DNA of 64,000 bases from Planctomycetota bacterium (lineage in GTDB: Bacteria; Planctomycetota; UBA8108; SXIK01): contig CBDCXR010000004.1 of assembly GCA_965223845.1 (NCBI GenBank), forward strand, positions 6,272,001-6,336,000, given 5' to 3'. The notes below the pieces were generated by a model that saw only the letters and a program-made list of their open reading frames with translations, was not told where the DNA came from and searched no databases. Shown here piece by piece: positions 29,493 to 40,359 of this stretch. The position numbers and the translations under genes were made by a program. How positions within the stretch are numbered: position 1 is the first letter of the stretch; each line of letters starts with the position of its first letter.

Positions 29493-30578
29493 TCACTTTG
29501 GGATCGAGCTCACGCGCACGTGCCCGCGAGGCAGCGTGTGATGGAGAGCCGGCTGTGCGGTCACCCAGTGAACGAGGCGGTCGCGCGTGCGCGCGGCCTG
29601 GACCGAATCTACGGTGAGGTAACGATGCTGCCCCGTTGGATCGATGCGATGGTGCGTGAGGTCCTCGTCGTCGATCGAGATCACGCCGCGTGCGGAAAGA
29701 TCAAAGTATCCTTCGTGGCCTTCGACCGCAACGAGGACACTCGTCAGGTCCCAGCACTCACGATCGTAAGGCATGGCGAGATAGCGCCGGTAGGCCTCCG
29801 GCAACGGGTGATGCTGATACGCGTGAAAATCCTGCTCGATGCTGCTCGCCGGATAGCGGATCGCGCGGCCGACTTCGTACCCGCTTGCGACAATCGGCGT
29901 CGGCCATTCGGCGTAGACTCGCCGCGCCGCCGGAGCATCCGTGTACACGTTGTATTCCTTGTCGCGCTCGGGTCCGTACCAGCCCGCCATGATCGAGAGG
30001 AGCCGCACTTTCTTCGCGACGAGCTCGCGCCCTGCGAGCGGCGAGCGCGAGTCGGGCTCGGACTCGAGCAGGCGCGCGAGATTGGTCGAGAACCCAACGA
30101 CGACGAATGTGACCGACCCGTCGGACTGAGCAGCGAGCGTCTCGCGCAGCAAGTCGACGGCTTGCGGCGTTTCGGTGGACGGCTCGAGGTCGCGCGGAAA
30201 CGTGCGCTCGCCGCCCCGCCCGAGCTCCGCGACCGCGCGCAGAAATCGTCCGTCGTCCGGTGTCTTCCCGCCGCGCACGGTCGCGACGGGGATGTCCGGC
30301 CGCCCGTAGAAGGTGTTCACGAGATCGACGAACGGCGCCGCCCAAGGATTGTCCTTCGAGATCGTCACCGCGAGCAGCCGGCAGAGCCCCGCGTCCGCCA
30401 TTGTGTGGAGCATCGCGAGTGCGAGGACGTCGTCGACATCGTTTCCGATGTCCGTGTCGAAGATGACCGCGACGGGAGGCTTCCCGGGGCGCGTTTCAAA
30501 CTGAACGCATCCCGCGATGCTGAGACTGAGCGGGAGGATGAGCGCAAGGCGCGAGCGGCAGCGACGCGTGACGATCAT
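29493..30578 (-). CDS. Inosine-uridine preferring nucleoside hydrolase family lipoprotein
   Basis: VIFDTDIGNDVDDVLAL, EYNVYTD, WDLTSVL; lipobox IAGC. Confidence 0.88.
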   Translation of the reverse strand: MIVTRRCRSRLALILPLSLSIAGCVQFETRPGKPPVAVIFDTDIGNDVDDVLALAMLHTMADAGLCRLLAVTISKDNPWAAPFVDLVNTFYGRPDIPVATVRGGKTPDDGRFLRAVAELGRGGERTFPRDLEPSTETPQAVDLLRETLAAQSDGSVTFVVVGFSTNLARLLESEPDSRSPLAGRELVAKKVRLLSIMAGWYGPERDKEYNVYTDAPAARRVYAEWPTPIVASGYEVGRAIRYPASSIEQDFHAYQHHPLPEAYRRYLAMPYDRECWDLTSVLVAVEGHEGYFDLSARGVISIDDEDLTHHRIDPTGQHRYLTVDSVQAARTRDRLVHWVTAQPALHHTLPRGHVRVSSIPK

Positions 30579-31073
30579 CGGCAGTTGGGAATCTCTTCTC
30601 TCGGCCGGCACCGCGGGCGGCCGCCGCGGTGTTTCGGCGATGATCGGGTCTCTTCGCCGAGTTCTCAAGCTCTGTCGGCGGCGAACTCGGAGCGGTTTCT
30701 CGGAACTCGAGGTCTCGCGGAACGCGCTTTGCGCCCAGGCGTCCTCGGAACGCGGCGCGTGGAGGCTGATTCCGCCGCTGACGACTCGATTCGAAGGCGC
30801 AGCCCATTCGAGGCGGCGAGCCGCCGCGCAGGCCGTCCGTGACGAATGTCAGGTTCCCGGACAGCGCCGCGGGAACCCCGGAACGAGGCTCTCTCCTCGC
30901 GGAAACGGGCCGGCCGGAGACGAAAGAATCGCGCTGGATTTTCGGGCATTGCTGGGCGGCGGACCCAACCTGATCCATACTGAATGAGATCGATAACAGT
31001 CAACGTATCGCGGGCAAAGCAAACGGTGGACGATCGAAGCACTCGAAGCGAGCGCGGTGCTCCCGGTGACGAT

Positions 31074-33398
31074 ATGTCACGCGGCAACCGCGAAGGCGAC
31101 GCCCCGAAGCTCGTCTTTCGTACGGGCTCGCGGCGTGGCCAGATCATCTCGCTAGAGAGTGGCGAGCTCACGATCGGGCGCGACGAGCGAAACGATCTCG
31201 TCCTCGAGGACGAGATCGTTTCGAGCTTCCACTCGCGAATCGTTCGCGATCCGAACGGGCAGTACTGGCTCGAGGATCGCGGCTCGAAGAACGGAACCTT
31301 CCTCGGCGGCGAACGCATCCAGCGCGAGCGCCTCTCCGACGGCGATCTCTTCCTCATCTGTAAGCAGGGTCCCGAGGTTCAGTACACCGAGGGTGAGCCG
31401 ACGCCGCCGTCCTTTCTCTCGAGTGCGACGTCGACATTCGTCCGGACGCGCTCTCTCGGACGAACGATTCAGCAGTTCGTGCCGGATCGTCGCGAAGCGG
31501 CCGTCAGCGCGAGCGGTGTCCGTCAGATCATCGACGCGACCTTCGAACGCGCGGCGAAGCGCGATCAGAGGATCCTGCTCTTTTGCGGTTGCGCGGCGTT
31601 CGCGGTCGGGGCGGCGATCGTCCTTTCGATCCTCTACGTCTTCGGTGGAGGTGGTGCGCCCGCGCCGCCGGGGTACGCCGGACCGCCCGTCGTCGGAGCA
31701 ACCACTCCCGTGTCCCCCGTCGCACCGGCGATGAGGATCGCGCCGGCGCCGGCGCCAGCGCGCGTTCGCCTCGCGCCGAGCCTCGAAGCGATCTACGGCA
31801 GCCTCTACTTCACCTACGATCGCCACGGAAAAGTCGGCAGCGTCACCGTCTCGAACGACGGCGCGCGTCCGCTCGTCGGCGCCCGGCTGCACTTCGAGTT
31901 CGAAGAGCGATTCGCTCACCTCCTCGTCGAGCCCTTCGAGCGCGACGTGCCCGCGATCGCTCCGGGGGATTCGGTCGAAGTGGAGATTTCTCCGAAGCTC
32001 TCCGATCAGATCCTCTCCGATGCGAACCGCCGCGTCGGTACGCGGGTCTCGCTCACTTCGGGCGAAACGGAGCTCGCGCGCGCCGAACGCGCGGTCGTGA
32101 TCTATCGTCGAGACGTGTTCAACTGGGAGGACCCGCGTCGGATCGCGATCTTCGTCGATCCGGATGATCCCGCGGTGAAGGAGCTCGTTCGCACGGTGTG
32201 GTCCCATCGCGTGCGGAGCGGACGGCAGGAGTTCCCGCCGCCGGCGGTCGCGAAGGCGATGGCACTCCTCACGGCGGTCGCCGATCTCGCCCTCGCCTAC
32301 GAAAAGGACGCGCAGAATCCCCTCGCCGCCGCGATGGACGAGCGCGCGAACGATCGGGTCAATTTCCCCGTCGAGACGCTCCTCAGCGGTTTCGGGGACT
32401 GCGACGACCTCTCCGTTCTCGGTTGCTCTCTACTCGAGGCGGTCGGGATCCCGTCGGCGTTCGCGGTCGGGAACGGACACGTTCTCTTTCTCTTCGATAC
32501 CGGCGTCGAAGCGGCGCACCTCGAGGAGACCCCGTTCGATCGGGAGTCCGTCGTCCTCCGCGGGGAGCGAGTGTGGCTGCCCGTCGAGGCGACCGATCTC
32601 GGCCGGCCGGGCGCCAACTTCGCGAGTGCTTGGTCTGCCGCGAAGAGGTATCGCGACGCGATCCTCTCGGGCGAGATGCGTGTGATCGATGTCCGCGAAG
32701 CGTGGGAGCACTACGTGCCGATGAATCGGCCGCTCGACGCGCGCGGACAAGAGACGCTCCGCGATCGCTTCGCCGCGTGGGACACGACGCCGCTTCGCGG
32801 GGAGCTCGAACGAGGACTCGAGACGCTGCGCGCGCACTTCCGCGCGAACCTCGCCGGTCGACTCGCCGATCTCGCGGCTTCCATCGAAGATTCCGTCGCG
32901 CGCGACCGGACGGCCGGCGTCCTCTACGCGCGGAGCGGACTCTACGCCGACGCCCGTCGCGTCTTCGCGCGCGCGCTCTTCGGCGCCGAGAAGATCCCCC
33001 CCGCAGCGGAGATCGAGCGAGCGCTCGAGAGCTGGGGCGAAGACCGTTCCGCCGACGTGCGCCGCGAGGAGAAGGCAATTCTTCTCAGCGACCTAGCCGC
33101 GACGCTCGCGCTCGGCATCGAGAACGAGAGCGACGGGACGATCGCCGTTCGGCTGACCGAGCTCGCGATCGCGACCTTCCCGGACGAAGCGGAGTTCGAG
33201 CGGGCCGAGCTGATGCTGCGACTCGCGCTGATCCACCGCCTCCGCGGCGACCTCGCCGAGGAAACCAGGTGGCTCGGGAGCGCGCTCGAGATCGACGCGT
33301 CCCTCCGCTCGACCTACGACGGAATGACGGTCGGCGACGGCTCCGTCAGTGGTCCCGAGGCGGCGGTGCGGCGCTACCTTCGGCGGACGGTCGAGTGA
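31074..33398 (+). CDS. FHA domain + TM + Ig-like + transglutaminase-like (Cys-His-Glu) + TPR protein
   Basis: IGRD..VSSFH..SKNGT FHA; TM segment; GDCDD, GHVL, WLPVEAT; TPR-like tail. Confidence 0.75.
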   Translation: MSRGNREGDAPKLVFRTGSRRGQIISLESGELTIGRDERNDLVLEDEIVSSFHSRIVRDPNGQYWLEDRGSKNGTFLGGERIQRERLSDGDLFLICKQGPEVQYTEGEPTPPSFLSSATSTFVRTRSLGRTIQQFVPDRREAAVSASGVRQIIDATFERAAKRDQRILLFCGCAAFAVGAAIVLSILYVFGGGGAPAPPGYAGPPVVGATTPVSPVAPAMRIAPAPAPARVRLAPSLEAIYGSLYFTYDRHGKVGSVTVSNDGARPLVGARLHFEFEERFAHLLVEPFERDVPAIAPGDSVEVEISPKLSDQILSDANRRVGTRVSLTSGETELARAERAVVIYRRDVFNWEDPRRIAIFVDPDDPAVKELVRTVWSHRVRSGRQEFPPPAVAKAMALLTAVADLALAYEKDAQNPLAAAMDERANDRVNFPVETLLSGFGDCDDLSVLGCSLLEAVGIPSAFAVGNGHVLFLFDTGVEAAHLEETPFDRESVVLRGERVWLPVEATDLGRPGANFASAWSAAKRYRDAILSGEMRVIDVREAWEHYVPMNRPLDARGQETLRDRFAAWDTTPLRGELERGLETLRAHFRANLAGRLADLAASIEDSVARDRTAGVLYARSGLYADARRVFARALFGAEKIPPAAEIERALESWGEDRSADVRREEKAILLSDLAATLALGIENESDGTIAVRLTELAIATFPDEAEFERAELMLRLALIHRLRGDLAEETRWLGSALEIDASLRSTYDGMTVGDGSVSGPEAAVRRYLRRTVE

Positions 33399-34140
33399 GC
33401 GGTGCGCTCGGTTCTTCGCCCGCGGTCACCGGCGTCCCGACGGCGCTCGCCTCCGGCCGGGCGATGAACGCGTAGCCACGCCGGACGAAGGTCGGGATCC
33501 ACTCGGCGAGCGCTGCGATGCGCTCGCGCTCGAGCGCGGCGAGCTTGTCTTCGACCGAGCGTTTTTCGCGGAGCGCCGTCGCGAGCTTCGCGTCGGAGCG
33601 GTCGAGATCCTTCTGCGTCCGCTCCACCTTCGCGTTGAGTTCCTTCGAGCTCGCTTCGAACGCGGCCGCCTCTCGACGGGATGCGGCGAGCTTCGTCGAC
33701 GTATCCCTCTGCATCTCCTGCGCGGTCGCGAGATCGCCTCGAGTTGTCTCGAGCTCGCTCCGGGTGTCGCCGAGCGTCTGCTCCCAGCGCGTACGTTCCC
33801 CGTCGAACCAGATCGCACCGGCGACGAGCCCGCCCGCGAGGAGTGAGACCAGGGATACGACGGCGATCGACTTCCAGCGCGGCCGCCGCCTCCGGCGACG
33901 GTCGACCACACCGGAGACGAGGAGCTGGCGTTCGAGCGCCGCACCCGCCTCGGCGCGTGCCGACGGGAGCGAGGCCGGTCCGCCGAGTCGAGCGTCGTCG
34001 CCGAGCAGCGCGGCGCGAGAGAGGAGGTCCTCTCGGTCGTCGGATCCGTCGCCTCCGGGGTCGAGGATCGTGCTTCCCACGCGCGCGTCGGTCCGAGACG
34101 TGCGAACGGTCGGTCGGTCGGTGTCGAGGTTCTGCGGCAT
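33346..34140 (-). CDS. Single-TM coiled-coil protein
   Basis: RRRRRPRW, hydrophobic helix, then heptad coiled coil. Confidence 0.65.
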   Translation of the reverse strand: MPQNLDTDRPTVRTSRTDARVGSTILDPGGDGSDDREDLLSRAALLGDDARLGGPASLPSARAEAGAALERQLLVSGVVDRRRRRRPRWKSIAVVSLVSLLAGGLVAGAIWFDGERTRWEQTLGDTRSELETTRGDLATAQEMQRDTSTKLAASRREAAAFEASSKELNAKVERTQKDLDRSDAKLATALREKRSVEDKLAALERERIAALAEWIPTFVRRGYAFIARPEASAVGTPVTAGEEPSAPLTRPSAEGSAAPPPRDH

Positions 34141-34500
34141 GTCTCTCCAGCTCCGGACGTGGGCGTAGCGGGCAGTCCTTCGTCAGGGTTATCGGCAGTG
34201 CCTCCGCTCGACCTTGAAACTTTTTCGGACGTTTTTTCGCGAGACGCCGCTCGCGGAGAGCCTCGTCTGAGGCCGGAACGCTCGGGCGCGGGCCCGAGGA
34301 GCACTTCCGGCGCGTTCGACGCTGCCGGCGGGGACATCGTAGTGTTTTCTGAGGGATCTTCTCGGCGCGGGGCCTCGCGCCGCGGAGAGCTCTGTAACTC
34401 GAAGAATGAAAATGGTTTCGGATCTTGGCGGTCGCGTCGGCCTCGCCTCTCGAGTCCCCGTCCGACCCCGGATCCCCGCCCCTGCGACCACCGAGTCGAC

Positions 34501-37500
34501 ATGATCTTTCGTCCACTCGCCGCCCGAGGTCTCGATCGTCTCTCGACGCTGCGCGTCTGCGCACTCGTCGCGGGTGGGCTCGTGCTCGTCACGAGCGCTG
34601 CCGTCCGCGCGGAGCCGGACTCGCCCCCGGTGGCGCCCGAGCTCGCGGAGGTGTCGGCGGAGATCGAGCGCCGGTTCAGCCTCGCGCAGCGCTATCTCCT
34701 CTCGAGCCACGACAACCTCGTCGTGCGCAGCTCGACTCTCGTTTCCGAAGAGCTGCGCGCCGAGATCGCCGATCGCGAGGCGACCGGGACCGAGAGCGAC
34801 GCGAAGCTCCAGTCGGTTCTCGATGAGCGTCGCGCGGCCGCGGGGATCGAGCTCGTCGTCTACGTCGGACAAGACGGCGTGGTCGTCCGCTCGCCGCCGC
34901 TCGATGCCGCTGCTCCCGAGGAATTCGTCCGCGCCTTCGTCGCGGCGTCGCGGCGCGCAGCGGACGCCGCGCTCGCGACGAGCGAGTCGCGACGCGGCTA
35001 CGCTTCGCTCCCCGCCCCGGGAGCGTCGTCGTCGCTCCCCGAGTCGAGCGAGTTCGGCGAAACGCTCTACCAAGTTGCCGCGAGTCAGATTTTCGTGCGA
35101 CCCGATGTCGCGAGCGGAGTGCTTCTCGGTGCGAACCCCGTTTCGGCGATGGCCGAGCCGGTGTCGCTCGTCGCGGACGGCGGCGTGATCGATCTCGATT
35201 GGCACCTCTTCCGGACGCCCGGCGCACCGGGCGACGCGCGCGTCGTCGCGGGTCCGCGAACGGGGTCGACCCTTCTCGCCGACTTCGTCACGCGCCTCGC
35301 CCGAGACTCCGTTGCGAGTGGGCTCGCGTTCGAAGGCGAGACCCACTCCGGTCGCTGGGAGGCGCTCGTCGGGTTCGACGGCGGTGTCCTCGGCGGCTGG
35401 GGCCTCACCGTCGACGAAACGTTCCTCGCCGCGCTTCTCCGCGGAGACGAAAGTGACGCGGACGCGAGCGATTCAGAGCCCGCGCTCGAGCTCGAGGCGC
35501 ACGACGACGTCGCCGCGCTGGCGGAGGAGAAGGACGAGTCGAGCGATTCCTCGGAAACGGCGTCGTCGTCGCGCGGCGCGATTCTCAACATCGTCTTCGG
35601 TGTGGTCGGCATCGCGGGATGCGCCGCGCTGATTTCACTTCTCGTCGTCGCCATGCTGGGCGCGAGGAGGCGGCGGCGCGAGCTCGACGATGACGAGGGG
35701 GAGTACGCCGACCCAGAAGCAGAGTGGAGCGAGAGTTCCGAGACCGGCCTCATCGCGGAATCGCCGGTGGAACCGGAAGCGGACGGCGAGGAGTGGGAAG
35801 GCGAGGAGCCGACCGACCCCGCGGAGAACAAAACGGAAGCCGCGAGTCCCATGACTGAACCTGAGAGTGATCTCGATCCGGTGGAAGATGACGCTGCGAT
35901 GACGCAGGTCATGAACGTTCCGACCTTCGCTTCGATGGACGACGACGAAGCCCCGGCGGAGACCCAGGTCCTGCCGGAGATCGCACCGGCGCCGCCGCCG
36001 GCGCCTCGTCGTCCCCAGCGAGCGCCCGAACCTCCGCCGCCGCCGAAGGCGCCGGCCCGCTCGAAAAAGGGCGACCTCCTCGAGGAGTTCGAGGCGCACT
36101 GGAAGACGTTCGCGAGCTACACCCAGGATCGCCTCGACGAGACGCTCCGCAATCTCGAGGGCGCGCCGCAGCGCGACGTCTCCGAGATTCGCCAGATCGT
36201 CGAGGAGATCGCCGCGATGGTCGGCTCGCTTCGCGTCGAGGTGAAGGAGAGTCGGGAACGCGCTGCCGCGAGCGACGCCGACGAACTCCGCGCCCAGCTC
36301 GTCGAGATCCACAACGAGGTCTCGGTCGCGCGAAACGAGATGAAGAACTCGGCGAACGGTGTCGTCCGGCGCCTGACCGCGTTCATCCACGAGTCTTCGC
36401 GGACGGGGCCAGGAGCGGAGCAGACCGACCTCCTCGAGACGGTCTACGACGAGCTCGCGCGGTCGCGAAGCGAGCTTACGTCCTTTCAGGAGAGCTTCCT
36501 TTCGCTCGTCGAGACGATCCAAAACCAGCAGGACCATCGGACGAAGCAGGAGGATGGCGAAACGGAGCGCCTGCGTGACGCCTGCGCTCAGTGGGAGGAG
36601 CGCGTCGCAGAGCTGAAGCGCGACGTCGATCACCTCGAGAGCCAGAACACGCAGCTGAGCGAGGAGCTCGAGGCGGCGCGGACGAACGAGCGAGAGCTCC
36701 GGACGGAGCTCGACGAATTTGTCTCGCGCGAGGTCCGGATCAAGGCGGAGGTCGAGGACGAACGCTCGCAGATCGAGACCGTGACCTCGGAGCGGGACGA
36801 TGCCTGTCGCCGCGAGCGCGAGCTCGTGGAGAAGCTCCGCGTCGTCGAAGAGCGAGAGAACGAAGGTCAGCAGAAGATCCGCGCGCTCGAGACCTCTCTC
36901 GACGACCTCCACCAGACGATCGACGAGCAGCGCGCGCAGAACGCCGGGCTCGAGCGCGAGCTCGAGCAGCTGCGCGAGCGCTCGCGCTCGGAGGGAGAGC
37001 ACGCCGAGGACCGCGCGCAGCAAGCCGAGGAGCACCTCCGCGAACTCGAGTCGCGGAACGAGACTCTCGAGCGCGAAAAGAGCGAGCTCGATGCCGCCGT
37101 GCGGCGACTCGAGTCGGAGGCGGCGAGCCTCCGCGATCAAAAGGGCGACGCGGCCGAGCTCGGGCGATTGCGGGTCGCACACGACGGAGCTCAGAAGGAG
37201 CTCGAGTCAGTGCGAAAGACGCTCGACGCGGTGAAGGACGAGCGCGAGCACTTCGAGCGCGAAGCGCGTCGTCTGGGCGCGGACGTCGAGCGGCATCAGA
37301 GCGAGCAGTCGACGTCCATGCGGACTCTGCGCGCGGATGTCGACCGCCTCGAGGCGGAATGTTCGACCAAGCAGAACGATCTCGAACGCGAGCGGCAACA
37401 GTCCAAGCTCCATCGCGAGACGGTCGAGCGCCTCCGCGCCGAGCTCAGCGAGGCTGAGCTTCACCTCGCGCGGAAAGAGGCGCAGATCAGCGATCTCAAG

Positions 37501-38640
37501 CGGGAGCGAGGCGCTACCGCTGCGCCGACCGCCGAGCTCGAGGAGCTGCAGACGAGCCTCCGCGAGACGACGCGCGAGCTCCAAGCGAGTCGCGAGGAAC
37601 GACTGCGGCTCAACACCGAGCGAACGGAGCTCGAGGCCGAATGGCAGTCGCGGGTCGCGGCGCTCGAGCTTCGAGTGACCGAAGCGGACGGGAAGCGTGC
37701 CGAGGTCGAGCGCGAGCGCGACAAGCGGCAGCTCGAGCGCGACCAACTCGAGGCGCAGATGCAGGCCTCGCGCGAGGCGACGCGTGGCGATCGACACATG
37801 CTCGATCGGCTGCAGAACCTGAAGCGCGAGAAGGAGGACCTCGTCCGCTCGATCGACCAACTGAAGAACGAGCTCGAGAACGCCAGTCGGGAAATGGAGA
37901 CGATCCGCCGGTTTCAAGGGACCCTTATCGACGGGCACCTTCCGGCGGCGATCGTCGCGTGTGACGCCGATCTCCGCGTGTGGGCGTGGAGCGCCGCCGC
38001 CGAGAAGCTCTGGTCGAGACGATCGCGCGATGTGTGCGGGCAGAGTCTCGACGACGTCGACTTCGGCGGAACCGGAGAGATCGTCCAGCTGGCGCAGAAG
38101 ACCCTCAAGAAGGGCGCGGGGGTGCACCGCGAGCAGGTGTCCGTCGCGAACTCGAGCGGCACGCGGCATTTCCGAGTCTCGTGCGATCCGATCAAGGGCG
38201 AGCGCCAGGAAGTGCTCGGCGTCGTCCTCGCGGTCGAGGATGTCACTGAAGACGTCGATCGCGCAGTCGAGGCGCGTCTCCAGTCCCTCTTCGCTGAAAG
38301 CCTCACGGAATCGATGCCGGCGGCTCTCGTCGTCGTCGACGGTCGCGACCGGGTGACGAGCTGGAACCGAGCGGCGAAGGAGCTCCTCGGAGTGCCCGGA
38401 GAGGAGGCGATCGGAAGCGAGCTCTTCTCGCTCAAGACGTCGCTCCGCCGCAAGGCCTTCCGCGACCGCTACGAGAAGGCGAAAGCGACCGGGAAGCCGA
38501 AGAAGATGCGCGTCCGCATCGATCGCGACGGAACGCCGCTCTCCGTCGTCGTGACGCAGTGCCCCTTCCGCTCGCGTGATCGGGAGATCCGCGGCACGCT
38601 GCTTCTGATCGACGCGCCCGAGTCGGCCGGTCGGCGCTAG
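34501..38640 (+). CDS. Large membrane protein: periplasmic Cache-like domain, acidic linker, long coiled coil, two C-terminal PAS domains
   Basis: Signal/TM, second TM (IVFGVVGIAGCAALISLLVVAML), long E/R/Q-rich heptads, PAS motifs AIVACDADLRVWAWSAAAEKL and ALVVVDGRDRVTSWNRAAKELLG. Confidence 0.75.
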   Translation: MIFRPLAARGLDRLSTLRVCALVAGGLVLVTSAAVRAEPDSPPVAPELAEVSAEIERRFSLAQRYLLSSHDNLVVRSSTLVSEELRAEIADREATGTESDAKLQSVLDERRAAAGIELVVYVGQDGVVVRSPPLDAAAPEEFVRAFVAASRRAADAALATSESRRGYASLPAPGASSSLPESSEFGETLYQVAASQIFVRPDVASGVLLGANPVSAMAEPVSLVADGGVIDLDWHLFRTPGAPGDARVVAGPRTGSTLLADFVTRLARDSVASGLAFEGETHSGRWEALVGFDGGVLGGWGLTVDETFLAALLRGDESDADASDSEPALELEAHDDVAALAEEKDESSDSSETASSSRGAILNIVFGVVGIAGCAALISLLVVAMLGARRRRRELDDDEGEYADPEAEWSESSETGLIAESPVEPEADGEEWEGEEPTDPAENKTEAASPMTEPESDLDPVEDDAAMTQVMNVPTFASMDDDEAPAETQVLPEIAPAPPPAPRRPQRAPEPPPPPKAPARSKKGDLLEEFEAHWKTFASYTQDRLDETLRNLEGAPQRDVSEIRQIVEEIAAMVGSLRVEVKESRERAAASDADELRAQLVEIHNEVSVARNEMKNSANGVVRRLTAFIHESSRTGPGAEQTDLLETVYDELARSRSELTSFQESFLSLVETIQNQQDHRTKQEDGETERLRDACAQWEERVAELKRDVDHLESQNTQLSEELEAARTNERELRTELDEFVSREVRIKAEVEDERSQIETVTSERDDACRRERELVEKLRVVEERENEGQQKIRALETSLDDLHQTIDEQRAQNAGLERELEQLRERSRSEGEHAEDRAQQAEEHLRELESRNETLEREKSELDAAVRRLESEAASLRDQKGDAAELGRLRVAHDGAQKELESVRKTLDAVKDEREHFEREARRLGADVERHQSEQSTSMRTLRADVDRLEAECSTKQNDLERERQQSKLHRETVERLRAELSEAELHLARKEAQISDLKRERGATAAPTAELEELQTSLRETTRELQASREERLRLNTERTELEAEWQSRVAALELRVTEADGKRAEVERERDKRQLERDQLEAQMQASREATRGDRHMLDRLQNLKREKEDLVRSIDQLKNELENASREMETIRRFQGTLIDGHLPAAIVACDADLRVWAWSAAAEKLWSRRSRDVCGQSLDDVDFGGTGEIVQLAQKTLKKGAGVHREQVSVANSSGTRHFRVSCDPIKGERQEVLGVVLAVEDVTEDVDRAVEARLQSLFAESLTESMPAALVVVDGRDRVTSWNRAAKELLGVPGEEAIGSELFSLKTSLRRKAFRDRYEKAKATGKPKKMRVRIDRDGTPLSVVVTQCPFRSRDREIRGTLLLIDAPESAGRR

Positions 38641-38897
38641 AGTCCCGCGCGTCGCATCGTCGTTCGCTCACCGCTCGCTTGGTGCTCGTCGCCGCATCGA
38701 CCGAGCGAGTGACTCGCCCGCTGCGTCTCCTCGTTTCGATCCTCGCCGCGGCCGAAGACGCGTCGCCGGCGGGGGATCGCTCGGCAGCGGGCCCCGCGCG
38801 AATGGCTGATTTCGCGAGCGCGCTCTGGCGAGGAAGGCCGAGTTCGTGTCAGGATGCCCCGGCTTGAGAGCTACTGAGCCAACCGGGAGACAGAATC

Positions 38898-40133
38898 ATG
38901 ACGCGCAAAAAGACGACGACCCGTCGCGCCTTCCTCCGCAACTCGAGCGGGCTTCTCGCCGCTCCTCTCATCGCACCGTCGGCCGTGCTCGGCCGGGGCG
39001 GCGCGACGCCGCCGAGCGAGCGGATCACGCTCGGCTGCATCGGAGTCGGCGGACGCGGCCGCGGGAACATGCAGGGATTCCTCAGGCGGGACGACATTCA
39101 AGTCGTGGCGACTTGCGACGTGTACGCTTCTCGCCGAGACGGTGCGAAGGACATCGTCGACAAGAAGTACGAGTCGAAGGACTGTAAGGCGTACAAGGAC
39201 TTCCGCGAGCTCCTCGCGCGCGAAGACATCGACGCCGTCTCGATCGCGAGCCCTGATCACTGGCACGCGATTCAGTCGATCCACGCCTGCCGATCGGGGA
39301 AGGACGTCTTCTGCGAGAAACCGCTCACCCTCACGGTGAAGGAAGGCCAGGCGATGCTGGCCGCCGCGCGGAAGCACGAGCGTGTCGTCTCGGGCGGAAG
39401 CCAGCGCGTTCTCGGCGACTACGGCCGAATGGCCGAAGCGGTGCGAAGCGGCGTCGCGGGCGAGATCAAGGAAGTCTTCGTCGACATCGGCGGCCCGTCC
39501 CGCCCGTGCTTCTACCCCGCGCAGGAAATCCCGAAGGAGCTCGATTGGGATCTCTGGCTCGGTCCGGCGCCCGAAGCTCCGTATCACCCGTGGCGCTGCA
39601 GCGGTGGCTACGGACTCGGCGGCAAGGGCTGGCGCACGTTCTTCGACTACTCCGGCGGCATGATGACCGACTGGGGCGGTCACAAGTTCGGCGGTGCGCT
39701 GTTCGCGCTCGGACTCGAGAAGACCGGACCGGTCGAGGTCATCCCGCCGAACGGTAAGGAGCACAAGCACCTTACGTACGTCTTCGAGAGCGGCCTCAAG
39801 ATGTATCACGCGCCGAGCTCGGGAAAGAACATCACCTTCGTCGGAACCGAAGGCACGGTGCCGGGCGCAAAACCGGAAAAGCCCGTCGAAATGCCGCGCT
39901 ATCGCGGCACGGGCGGGATCATCGGCGACTTCGTCGACTGCGTGCGGACCCGCGAGAAGCCGTTCCGCGACGTCGAGATCGCGCACCGAACGGCGACGGT
40001 GTGTCACCTCGGCAACATCGCCTACAGTCTCGGCCGCCGGATCAAGTGGGATCCGGTGAAAGAGGAGATCAAGGACGACTTCGAGGCGAGCTGCTGGCTC
40101 GATCGGCCGCGGCGGGAGCCGTGGACGCTCTGA
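38898..40133 (+). CDS. Gfo/Idh/MocA oxidoreductase, Tat-exported
   Basis: TRRAFL Tat motif, IGVGGRG, SPDHWH, CEKP, DWGGH. Confidence 0.92.
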   Translation: MTRKKTTTRRAFLRNSSGLLAAPLIAPSAVLGRGGATPPSERITLGCIGVGGRGRGNMQGFLRRDDIQVVATCDVYASRRDGAKDIVDKKYESKDCKAYKDFRELLAREDIDAVSIASPDHWHAIQSIHACRSGKDVFCEKPLTLTVKEGQAMLAAARKHERVVSGGSQRVLGDYGRMAEAVRSGVAGEIKEVFVDIGGPSRPCFYPAQEIPKELDWDLWLGPAPEAPYHPWRCSGGYGLGGKGWRTFFDYSGGMMTDWGGHKFGGALFALGLEKTGPVEVIPPNGKEHKHLTYVFESGLKMYHAPSSGKNITFVGTEGTVPGAKPEKPVEMPRYRGTGGIIGDFVDCVRTREKPFRDVEIAHRTATVCHLGNIAYSLGRRIKWDPVKEEIKDDFEASCWLDRPRREPWTL

Positions 40134-40159
40134 GCTAGACTCCCTCCCGAGAGTCGAAA

Positions 40160-40206
40160 GCGAGGCCGCGCGAAATCTGACGAGTTCGCGCGGCCTCGCC
40201 TTTTTT
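40160..40206 (+). terminator. Rho-independent terminator
   Basis: Perfect 15-bp stem GCGAGGCCGCGCGAA/TTCGCGCGGCCTCGC followed by TTTTTT. Confidence 0.85.
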
Positions 40207-40359
40207 GTTCCGCGCGTTGATGAATGCGGCGGGATGCATCGTCTCTTGGGCGATGACGGAGAAAGCGCGCTACTCGTTTCTCCCTCTTCTCTTCGTGTCC
40301 TTCGTGGTGAATCTCTTCCCCGGAGTCCGGAGCCCCGGAGCCCGGCGCACGAACGACAC

